Part shown: positions 28,870 through 37,948 of the stretch, piece by piece | Position numbering within the stretch: the stretch's first letter is position 1 | How the letters are laid out: each line of letters starts with the position of its first letter | NCBI GenBank assembly: GCA_030765625.1 | Contig: JAVCCF010000109.1 | Coordinates: forward strand, 34,991 to 98,990 | DNA from: Candidatus Tenebribacter burtonii | GTDB taxonomy: Bacteria > Cloacimonadota > Cloacimonadia > Cloacimonadales > TCS61 | Direction of reading: 5' to 3' | DNA length: 64,000 nt | Translations under genes and position numbers: made by a program | The notes under the pieces: model-generated | Database searches by the model: none | What the model saw: the letters and a program-made list of their open reading frames with translations, nothing else | Told to the model about the DNA's origin: nothing

Positions 28870-31800
28870 TTACTTCATTAAAATCATTTTTCTTGAAGCA
28901 GTATAATTTGCAGTTTTCATTTTATAGAAATAAATCCCGGATGAAACTGACTTACCTCTATCATCTTTCCCATTCCAAACGATCTGATGATTTTTTGCAG
29001 GTAATAGGCCATTGATAAGCGTTTTCACTTTTTGACCTCTTAAATTAAATATCTCAATTTTCACATTGCCTGCTTCTTTAAGGGAAAAAGAAATAGTAGT
29101 TGTTGGGTTAAATGGATTTGGAAAATTAGAATTAAGTTTGTTCATGATCGGAATTATTGTATTATCGTTGCTATCAGTTGTATTTGAATAATGAATATCA
29201 TCAATGTACCAGCCTTCACCAGTGATAAGATTTGCACTACCGAACACAAATCTGATCTTTGCAGTTCCGGAATAATCAGATAGATCTAATATAACTTGTT
29301 CCCAGTCAAATTCACCTGCAAATACTTCAGTGCCTTCTTCGAAAGGGGATGCGGGATTATTCATTGTCACGCTGGGATAACCACCTAAAGGTTCTATCTG
29401 CTCCCATTCTCCACCATTTACAGAGATTTCGATAAGTCCACCATCCCAGGTAATTGGGCCATTTGAACCAACATCCATCCAATGATAAAAAGTAACTTGT
29501 GCTCCGGGGAAAACATCAATCTCCGGCATAACCAGGGCAGCGTAAATTAGATTGGAATAATATATTGTACCGGTTCCACCACATTTCATTGAATAATTTC
29601 CATCTATGGTATTATTGCGGAAATCATCCAAATGCCATTCATCAATAAAACCATTTGAAAGTACCATGTGTTCCCAGCCTGTTGCTCCATTTTCAAAATC
29701 GAAGGCATAAAATCCAATTGGCAACCGTAAAATGGATTGAAATGTAAACTCACTACTATCAATTACATATACATCTATGTCTGCAAAATATTCTACAGGA
29801 CTGTTTTCATCAACATCAATGATGAATGGTACTGTTGTAGTCTCTATAGAATCAGGAGCAATTGAAGCTATTAGATCAAATCCGCTAACAGACACATAAG
29901 GGTCTGATGTATATATTAAATTTTGGGTATCATAAGCAAAACCATTTCCAATATTATGAAAACTTAAAAAAATCTCACCATGCTCTCCAGGATCGAGTAT
30001 TTGATCGCTTCCATCTAATACATTAAGATTATAATCCCAGTATTCTATAACTGGAGCATTACAGTTAAGTTCAAATCCACTTATCCAGCTTACACCATTC
30101 GAAGTGACTTCAATCTCAAATTCAATTGTACTATTATCTTCTATTAAAGAAAGTAATTCGATTGTGAACGCATCAGTGTAAGTTATATTTGATGAAGCCG
30201 GAATTTGTGGTCCATTCATAGTATCATTAATTATTATAATTTTATCTGAATCTGTTGTAAGAATTGCTGTAACGGTATTTCCTGTTGGCTGCATTCCAAT
30301 ATTCTGTAAAGTAAGATCTATCTGAAGAGTATCAAGAGACTGATATGAATCTTCTGCATGAACTCCAAGCTCAACATAATCTACATCATAACAGATAACA
30401 TACATATCCGGAGAAATTATCGCTACTTCCGCAGAATAACGATAATGATTTTGTTTTGTAACTGTAACCTTCATTATATTATTTGGAATCTGCTGTGGTA
30501 TATCAATTTCTAATGGTGCCCCAGTTCCCAATACAGATGCTATTACTTCTCCATTCACAGTAAGACCTATCAATGCCCCTTCATCAGCAGCAACGGTAAA
30601 TGATTCCAAGCCTGCCATTAATTCATCAGCATGACTTACAGTAAGTTGTTGCGGCATTTCCGAATGAACAGTAGAAAATGCACATCCATGATGGTGAAAA
30701 AGATTATAAGTAACTTCTTTATTATTAGAGTTATATGGCCATGAGGATTGTTGTAGGAAATATTTGCCGGCTGCATTTGCAAATGCAGGTCTTATCCAAT
30801 CTGATTCCGAAGGAGCACTACCAAATTGAGGGAGAAAATTTTTCCACATGTTATCGTACATTCCCCACACAAATGTATCATTTACGAAAGAATAGGAAAC
30901 TTCTGAAGCTGCAATAAGCCCAAGAGCACCTTGTTCATGTCTGTGAAAAAGTTCTGCAAAAGAGTTTTGTGGAGCATTGTATTTTCCAGTTAGGCAGTTA
31001 ATAGAAAACACAAAAACCAGATCATCATTATTTAAACCACTTAAATTTCCAGTATCATAATCTGGTTCACCCCAACCTGTAACGCCACCATGGTCTCTAT
31101 GTTGAAGCATGAATGCACCACTATTGATCGCATTATTTATATCAATGGCATTTCCACCTGACCAACCACCCAATTCGGAAGGTAAAGCTGGAATGTAGTT
31201 TAGTCCATTTGGACCAAAAACATTTAATACAGTATATGTATTTGTAGCTGTTGACCATGGATCAACGTCAGGATTCCCAGCATATATAGCATTTATCCGA
31301 ACTTGATCTTTTCCCAATTCATTATGCCAGAATCCACCAACGGTTTCCGAACATATTTGGAACCAGCGTTCTGTTTGCCAGCCAAGTGCTGTAACAGGAT
31401 GATCATAAAAATTCTGATTTATGGATGGATTCCTTTCATAATCGAGAACTTTACCTATCATAGTAGAAAGTTGATCTTCGTCCTGTACAGTCATTCTTGC
31501 CAGTACAACATCCGGCATATCATTATTATTTACATCTGCATAAATATTATCAGAGACACAGTAATTATTCCAAATAGGTGAAACGATAGAGCTCCCGGTT
31601 GTTCCATAATCACCTAAAAGCAAAACAGCTGAAGGAGGGACATCCCAATTATTATAGGCATCATTTATGTAACCTTCTATTGCGGTTACGGTATTGCCTC
31701 CAATTTCAGTTGTTGTAACAACACCTGTTCGAATACCTTGTTCATTTCTGAAAATGCTTAGAGAGTCTGCCCATTGTGTAAAAATTGGATCATCAGGGGA

Positions 31801-32529
31801 GATGATAATGTAGTCATAATCTTCTGTTCTGTTATTGGAAATTGTTTGCTGAGAAGCTGGTAAAGAACCATAATTCAGGAACACATCACTTAATATACTG
31901 TCCCACCAAATGTTTCGTAATCTATCTTCACCAAATTTTTCTGAACCACCCTTAAAGCTAATTCTAATTCTGATATCTTTATAAATTACAAGTTCTTTTG
32001 TAACAGGGTTATATTGGAATGGAGTTATGCCAAGGATGGCTGCATCTACTCCACGAATTTTTGTAATTTCAGATAATTGAATGGGGGTTTCCGGATAAAA
32101 AGAATCAATTGCATAAACTTCTTTATTTTTGGAATATTCTAAAGATCCGGTCTCTGTATCAAGTGGAATTCTAAATGCCGGTGCAATATTAATATCTTTG
32201 ATAATTTCTTTCCTTGAAGAAAGAATTTCCAATTCAACCCCAGCACCCATTGGTATAGCAAAGTATCTTCCAAAACCAGGAAGATCAGGCATGCCTTCAT
32301 CGTTAGGTAAAAAGCTTCCTGCAAGAATCGGTTTGATCATCTTATTGCCATTAACTTCAATTTCTTCTAAACCAATTTCATGTACTGAGTATTCAATAAT
32401 TAACTCTGTTTTAGAAGCATTGATCAGATTCAATCCTTCCTTGTTCCAGTTATCTGTGAAATTTATAACAGTGGAATTCAGAAAGCTAAAAATACTAATG
32501 ACTGTAAAAAAACTAATTATTTTTTTCAT
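28870..32529 (-). CDS. secreted C25 (gingipain-like) cysteine peptidase with C-terminal sorting domain
   Basis: Signal peptide. Catalytic His region MLQHRDHGGVTGWGEPDY and Cys region LVFVFSINCLTGKYNAPQNSFAELF align with the gingipain segments GHGSETAWG and FIFDVACVNGDF...FAEAL. CTD NFPNPFNPTTTISF...SGIYFYKM...MILMK. Confidence 0.85.
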   Translation of the reverse strand: MKKIISFFTVISIFSFLNSTVINFTDNWNKEGLNLINASKTELIIEYSVHEIGLEEIEVNGNKMIKPILAGSFLPNDEGMPDLPGFGRYFAIPMGAGVELEILSSRKEIIKDINIAPAFRIPLDTETGSLEYSKNKEVYAIDSFYPETPIQLSEITKIRGVDAAILGITPFQYNPVTKELVIYKDIRIRISFKGGSEKFGEDRLRNIWWDSILSDVFLNYGSLPASQQTISNNRTEDYDYIIISPDDPIFTQWADSLSIFRNEQGIRTGVVTTTEIGGNTVTAIEGYINDAYNNWDVPPSAVLLLGDYGTTGSSIVSPIWNNYCVSDNIYADVNNNDMPDVVLARMTVQDEDQLSTMIGKVLDYERNPSINQNFYDHPVTALGWQTERWFQICSETVGGFWHNELGKDQVRINAIYAGNPDVDPWSTATNTYTVLNVFGPNGLNYIPALPSELGGWSGGNAIDINNAINSGAFMLQHRDHGGVTGWGEPDYDTGNLSGLNNDDLVFVFSINCLTGKYNAPQNSFAELFHRHEQGALGLIAASEVSYSFVNDTFVWGMYDNMWKNFLPQFGSAPSESDWIRPAFANAAGKYFLQQSSWPYNSNNKEVTYNLFHHHGCAFSTVHSEMPQQLTVSHADELMAGLESFTVAADEGALIGLTVNGEVIASVLGTGAPLEIDIPQQIPNNIMKVTVTKQNHYRYSAEVAIISPDMYVICYDVDYVELGVHAEDSYQSLDTLQIDLTLQNIGMQPTGNTVTAILTTDSDKIIIINDTMNGPQIPASSNITYTDAFTIELLSLIEDNSTIEFEIEVTSNGVSWISGFELNCNAPVIEYWDYNLNVLDGSDQILDPGEHGEIFLSFHNIGNGFAYDTQNLIYTSDPYVSVSGFDLIASIAPDSIETTTVPFIIDVDENSPVEYFADIDVYVIDSSEFTFQSILRLPIGFYAFDFENGATGWEHMVLSNGFIDEWHLDDFRNNTIDGNYSMKCGGTGTIYYSNLIYAALVMPEIDVFPGAQVTFYHWMDVGSNGPITWDGGLIEISVNGGEWEQIEPLGGYPSVTMNNPASPFEEGTEVFAGEFDWEQVILDLSDYSGTAKIRFVFGSANLITGEGWYIDDIHYSNTTDSNDNTIIPIMNKLNSNFPNPFNPTTTISFSLKEAGNVKIEIFNLRGQKVKTLINGLLPAKNHQIVWNGKDDRGKSVSSGIYFYKMKTANYTASRKMILMK

Positions 32530-32644
32530 ATTTACCTCAATTTAATTAAATAAGTACTTGATTATTTTTAGGAAAAGAGCGTCAATAAATTTTGATATCA
32601 AATATAACAACAAGATTTATAGTCTGGTTATTTATATCTTTGGT

Positions 32645-34363
32645 TTAATGTCTTCTCTTTTTGTGTGATTTATCACTTCCGGATTTTTTATCATAATTCT
32701 TGTGGGGAGTTCCGGAACGGAAGTTCCTCTTTGGGCTGGATTTCTCTTTCCCTTTTGCTTCTACAATTAATGGTTTTTTATTTCTGCCTTTTCCACGGAA
32801 TACTTCGATGATATGTTCTGCTTCTTCAAAAGGAACATTAGCAAAAGAGAAATTATCATAAATTTCGACATTGCGAATAAGGTGAGAATCAACCATTGCT
32901 TCTTCCTGAATTAACTTAACCAGTTTAGGCGGGTCTATTTTGTCTTTACGTCCCAAGGCTATGAACAAACGTGTAATTCCTTCTTGATCAGGAGAATTAT
33001 CAGGATGTCTCCTGGAAGTAGTTTTATGTTTTTTGCCAGGTTCGTGGATCTCAGTGTATTTTTCAGGTGAGAATTCATCTTTATAGGCATGAGTTAAAAG
33101 TGCAGCTATTACCTGATCTGCCGGATATTGTGCCAAAAGTTCATTTGACACATGCATATTTTCATCAAATTTACCTGCAACAATTATTTCATTGATCTTT
33201 TCAACTATTCTTTTACGCTTAAGTTTGATAAGCTGCTTAACTTTTGGAAGTGATTCTTTACGAATTTCAGATTTGGAAATCCGCTGGATATTCATTAATT
33301 TACGGTATTCAGATGGTGTGATAAAAGTAATTGCTGTTCCCTGTTTTCCAGCTCTTCCAGTTCTTCCAATACGGTGTATATAACTTTCTGGATCTTGCGG
33401 AAGTGAATAGTTTAAAACGTGTGTTAGATTATTAATGTCAATTCCTCTGGCGGCAACATCGGTAGCTACCAGAATAGTTACACGTTTCTTCTTAAATTGG
33501 CTTAAGATGCGTTCCCGCTGAGCCTGAGAGATATCACCATGTAACGATGCTACATCATAACCACGATCAATTAAAGCATTAGCCAAATGATCTGTTTTAA
33601 GTTTTGTACGGCAAAAAACCAGAGCATAAAATTCTTTTTCCACATCGATAATTCGGCAGAGTGCTTCAAACTTATCAGAAGTTCGTACTTCAAAGTAGAT
33701 CTGATCGGTTAAATTTACTGTTAGTTGCTCCGATTGAACTTTTATTAATTCGTATTCACCCATAAATTTCTCTGCCAACTGCACGATTCTTTGAGGCATT
33801 GTAGCGGAAAACAATAAAACTCTTTTTTCTTCCGGTGTTTTAGAAAGAATAAGTTCAATGTCTTCTATAAATCCCATATTCAGCATTTCATCTGCTTCAT
33901 CTAAAACCATAAATTGAAGGTCATCAAGTTTTAATGTTCCACGGTTCAAATGATCTATCAGCCGACCTGGGGTTCCTACTACAATTTCTACACCTTTTTT
34001 AAGTCTGCGGAATTGCTGATCGTAAGATTGTCCTCCGTAAACAGGCAGAATCCCAATACTTCTACCTCCGCGGTAAGAATTCATTTCCTCGGCAACCTGT
34101 ACTGCAAGTTCGCGAGTGGGAGCTAAAACTAATGCCTGCACTTTTCCTGTGTTTTCTGTTATGTTATCCATTATCGGCAGACCAAAAGCAGCAGTTTTTC
34201 CAGTTCCGGTTTGTGCTTGTCCTACAATATCTTTCTCGTTTTTCAGTAGTAACGGTATCGTTAATTTCTGAATGGGGGAAGGTTCTTCAAATCCTTTTTT
34301 ACTGATTGCCAACAGCGACTTTTCCGATAATCCCAAATTTTCGAATTTTTCTAAATTACTCAT
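32645..34363 (-). CDS. deaD: DEAD-box ATP-dependent RNA helicase (DeaD/CsdA-like)
   Basis: Q-motif region FEEPSPIQ, Walker A AQTGTGKT, DEAD (VLDEADEM), SAT and HRIGRTGRAG motifs, with a basic C-terminal tail. The start is placed at Met12 (34363, MSNLEKFENLG). Confidence 0.9.
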   Translation of the reverse strand: MSNLEKFENLGLSEKSLLAISKKGFEEPSPIQKLTIPLLLKNEKDIVGQAQTGTGKTAAFGLPIMDNITENTGKVQALVLAPTRELAVQVAEEMNSYRGGRSIGILPVYGGQSYDQQFRRLKKGVEIVVGTPGRLIDHLNRGTLKLDDLQFMVLDEADEMLNMGFIEDIELILSKTPEEKRVLLFSATMPQRIVQLAEKFMGEYELIKVQSEQLTVNLTDQIYFEVRTSDKFEALCRIIDVEKEFYALVFCRTKLKTDHLANALIDRGYDVASLHGDISQAQRERILSQFKKKRVTILVATDVAARGIDINNLTHVLNYSLPQDPESYIHRIGRTGRAGKQGTAITFITPSEYRKLMNIQRISKSEIRKESLPKVKQLIKLKRKRIVEKINEIIVAGKFDENMHVSNELLAQYPADQVIAALLTHAYKDEFSPEKYTEIHEPGKKHKTTSRRHPDNSPDQEGITRLFIALGRKDKIDPPKLVKLIQEEAMVDSHLIRNVEIYDNFSFANVPFEEAEHIIEVFRGKGRNKKPLIVEAKGKEKSSPKRNFRSGTPHKNYDKKSGSDKSHKKRRH

Positions 34364-34740
34364 ATATTTCCTTATACTTTTTAATATTCGCAACAATCAG
34401 AAAAATAAGAAATGTTTCTGAAAATTACGTAAACCAAGAATTATGAGTGGGTTATATTAGCAAGGTTTTTGTTTTTTAGTCACGAATGAACATAGATAAA
34501 AATTGATAAAGTATCAAAACAATTATCTTCTTGTTCGTTTTTCTTAATACGATAATCAGTATAAAGTACAGAAGTGTTGGATATAAAAAACAATAGCTAT
34601 AAACCAATCGAATTTATACTCAACTTTTGTATTTTCAGGATTGATAAGCAATGTAACAGTTATGAGTTTTTAAATATTAAATACTCCTTGCTTAAATTCA
34701 AAAGGATGATAAAAATGTGTATTATAAATCAGGAGGCGAA

Positions 34741-36657
34741 ATGAAAAAATTGTTTTTACTTTCATTATTGGTGTTACATATGTTATGTTTAGGTCAGAAT
34801 TGGAGCTGGAATGTAGGCAATGGAGGTAATCCTTCCAGGAATTGTCAGGCCGAAAATGTTTTGTCTCCTCTCACCGAAAACGATGTGTTATGGGAAGGTA
34901 GCGCGGTTTTCTCTTACTGGCCCCATCAACCCTTTACAGAAGAGAATATAGTTGTTACCGACCGTACATTCAATATGAGTAATACACTGCACGGTACATG
35001 GATAGTGGCTTATGATATTTTGACCGGTGACACATTGTGGATTGTTGATCTACCTGTGGATTTTCCAAGCTCAGACTGGAGGAATCGTGTTTGCGGAACA
35101 AATGATGGTGTGATTTATGCAACTAGATCTGGGAATACGAATGCCTCATATTTGCATGCTCTGGATATAAGTGATGGTTCAATAATCTGGACTTCTACAA
35201 CTTTGGTTGATATGTCATCCACTGAATGTGTTAATTTTGCGGAAAATGGTGATCTTATCGTAGGAAATTTTTATAATATTTGCCGGATAAATGCTCAGGA
35301 TGGCTCGTTGATCTGGGAAGAAACTCGCAACAGTCCCACTTCTGGTGGTAGTGAAGTTGCAGTGTTTGGTAATAATGTTTATAGCTGGGCAGCTGGTGGA
35401 CCTAGAATTGTAGTTCACGATATTGATACAGGAGCTTTTCTATATGAAAGTGAAGGAATAGGTGGTGGATTTGTTCAGCAATTGGGTTGTCTGGTTGGAC
35501 CAGATGGAATAGTATATGCACCGAGAACCCAAAATAATGCAATCTCAGATTCACTGGTTGCATTTACCGATACTGGCAGCTCATTAGAACGAATGTGGCA
35601 AATAAGTTTAGGATATGTTCCTTTTGCTACTTTTGGAGTGGATCTGGAGGGAAATATTTATTCCTACACACCGGATTACAGAATTATTCACATCGATTCT
35701 CATAGTGGAGAAACATTGTCTCAAACTAGTAGTATAGCTCAAGAAATTCCAGTTACTAGATCTTATTTTATGGGCGGGACTCTATCTATTCCGCGCGGAG
35801 AAAATACTGTTAGGATTTCTTATGTTGATCAAAATAGCAGAGAACTAACTATTTTGGATACATCTATTGTGATAGGGAATTCTGCGAATGGCACTGTGTC
35901 ACCTCAAGCAGCAGTTGATGCTGAAGGATATTTATATGTTTCCAATTATCAGAATACAGTTTACTGTTTTGAAAGTAATCTGGATATTATCTGGCAGGAC
36001 ACTTTTGACCGCCCGGATGGACCAGCAATTTCTATGGATGGGCATTTGATAATATGTGCTGACAATTATGAAATGAAAGTTTATGAAGGACGTGGAAATG
36101 CAGTTGTTAATGGTTCAATTTTTGGGAATGTGACCCTGACAGGAGGAACAGGTAATGTTGAAGAAGTACAAGTAATTGCAGGTATTTACTTTACAAATCC
36201 TTCTTCTTCTGGTTTCTACACAATTGAGCTTCCCCCAGGTATTTATGATATAACAGCAGACTTAGAAGGTTATCAGTCACAAACAGTCGAGAATGTTACT
36301 ATATATAGCGGTCAAGCGACCGGTGAGATTAATTTTGATCTGGATCTACTTTCGGGAAATGACCAAAATCTAGAATTGATAGATATTCCATTATCTAATT
36401 ATCCTAATCCTTTTAATCCTATCACAACAATAAATTTTTCCATCTCGGAAAGATTAGAGAACATTGAGTTAACTGTTTATAATTTGAAAGGACAGAAAGT
36501 AAAACAACTTATAAATGACCAGCTTCCAGTTGGACAGCATTCTGTTATTTGGAATGGAACGGATGAAAATGAAAAGCAAATTAGCTCAGGAATATATTTT
36601 TACAGGCTTAAAACAAATTATGGGAATATTCAAAAAAGAATGTTGCTAATAAAGTAA
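34741..36657 (+). CDS. secreted PQQ-like beta-propeller protein with carboxypeptidase-regulatory-like domain and C-terminal sorting domain
   Basis: ATG at 34741 follows aggagg. Signal peptide, repeated G-x-hhW / DG-x-hY propeller blades, a GFYTIELPPGIYDITADLEGYQ segment (CarboxypepD_reg-like) and CTD NYPNPFNPITTINF...SGIYFYRL...MLLIK. Confidence 0.75.
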   Translation: MKKLFLLSLLVLHMLCLGQNWSWNVGNGGNPSRNCQAENVLSPLTENDVLWEGSAVFSYWPHQPFTEENIVVTDRTFNMSNTLHGTWIVAYDILTGDTLWIVDLPVDFPSSDWRNRVCGTNDGVIYATRSGNTNASYLHALDISDGSIIWTSTTLVDMSSTECVNFAENGDLIVGNFYNICRINAQDGSLIWEETRNSPTSGGSEVAVFGNNVYSWAAGGPRIVVHDIDTGAFLYESEGIGGGFVQQLGCLVGPDGIVYAPRTQNNAISDSLVAFTDTGSSLERMWQISLGYVPFATFGVDLEGNIYSYTPDYRIIHIDSHSGETLSQTSSIAQEIPVTRSYFMGGTLSIPRGENTVRISYVDQNSRELTILDTSIVIGNSANGTVSPQAAVDAEGYLYVSNYQNTVYCFESNLDIIWQDTFDRPDGPAISMDGHLIICADNYEMKVYEGRGNAVVNGSIFGNVTLTGGTGNVEEVQVIAGIYFTNPSSSGFYTIELPPGIYDITADLEGYQSQTVENVTIYSGQATGEINFDLDLLSGNDQNLELIDIPLSNYPNPFNPITTINFSISERLENIELTVYNLKGQKVKQLINDQLPVGQHSVIWNGTDENEKQISSGIYFYRLKTNYGNIQKRMLLIK

Positions 36658-36691
36658 TTGATTAAAAAAATATTATACAAACAAGTATATT

Positions 36692-36725
36692 CGTCACATA
36701 GCTTCTACTGTGTGACGTTTTTTTT
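36692..36725 (+). terminator. Rho-independent terminator
   Basis: Stem cgtcaca / tgtgacg (7 bp) with a 12-nt loop, followed by tttttttt. It lies 35 nt after the stop at 36657. Confidence 0.7.
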
Positions 36726-36814
36726 ATAATGGTAAACTCAAACTACAAAGAAAAAATTGGGAATATTAATAGAAAAAGTTATAATATTATGATTAAGAAA
36801 AATTTGGGGTAAAA

Positions 36815-37822
36815 ATGAAATTCACATTAATAATAATGTTAATGATACTTAGCCTAAGCCTATTTGCTAGTCAGAGATATGTTGTGGGTGAAGTATTTAC
36901 TATAGATTACGGATGTTGAGGAACAGACAACTTTGCACGGAGTGCATTGAATATGTTAAATGAATCAGCAGAATATCTAATACCCTTGAGCTGGAGTATG
37001 TATCTTCACGAGATGTCTCCGGGTGTTCAAGAGAGATACGATTTCTATCAAGCTTCAATATATCCAACAGTTCATTTTGGTGGAACAAATATATTCGAAG
37101 GTTGGGATTGTAATATAGCAAATCTACAAGAAGCTTATGACGGCATAGTAACATTGGAAAGTCCCTTCACTATTAATCTTGAGTTTAACCGAATTAGAAA
37201 TGAACACTTTGAAATAACAGCAAAAATAACGTTAACAGAGAATATCATAAACAACAATAACAAAGTTTTTTTTGTGATTACTAACTGGGTAGATTTCAGC
37301 GAAGAAAACCCCTGGTATTTTCTTGTTGTAGCCAAATCGGAGGAAGAGGATGTTACAATTATTAATTTGGAAGAAACTGCCATTTATACCTCTGAATTAA
37401 ATGTAGAAATGCAACCTGATTGGAATTTGAACGATCTCTATGCTATTGCAATTATCCAAAGTTGGGATAATTATGAAATATTACAGTCTGCGCAAGTAAG
37501 ATTATTCCCAGCAAATGTTAATAATCCTACTGTTCCTGCAGAAATTTCATTACATCAAAATTATCCAAATCCGTTTAATCCAAGTACAAATATTTCGTTT
37601 GAATTAAATACCAGAAGTTCTAAAGATATTGAATTGTTAATTTATAATACGAAAGGTCAGAAAGTTAAGCAGTTTATCAGGAATCAGTTATCAACTGGTC
37701 AGCATTCAATTATTTGGGATGGAAATGATGAAAATGAAAAACAGGTAGCATCCGGCATTTATTTATATGTATTGAAATCAGGTACTCACACTTTTTCAAA
37801 GAAGATGATATTTTTAAAATAA
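36815..37822 (+). CDS. predicted selenocysteine-containing thioredoxin-like/Omp28-related secreted protein (GCUG motif) with C-terminal sorting domain; in-frame TGA at 36917-36919
   Basis: The ATG at 36815 (after tggggt) opens a signal peptide, MKFTLIIMLMILSLSLFA-SQRYVVGEVFTIDYGC-TGA-GTDNFARSALNMLNESAEYLIPLSW. This is in frame with track ORF 36947..37822 (132 nt apart). The TGA falls where related proteins carry the ExFT...C..C redox motif. The CTD is NYPNPFNPSTNISF...SGIYLYVL...MIFLK. Confidence 0.65.
36934..36946 (+). promoter_or_regulatory. candidate SECIS-like hairpin (short)
   Basis: RNA UGCAC-GGA-GUGCA forms a 5-bp stem. The G-rich apical loop occupies nt 20-22 after the UGA. It is weaker than the 28450-28473 hairpin. 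Confidence 0.4.
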
Positions 37823-37948
37823 TTTAATCCTTATTAGTTTGGATTGGGTTAATAAAAGTCAATTTAATTGAGTTATGGAGATATTCAAACTGTTTTTAAT
37901 TTTATAAATTATTTACAACAGAATATAATTTATCCTGTCTTATTTTTT

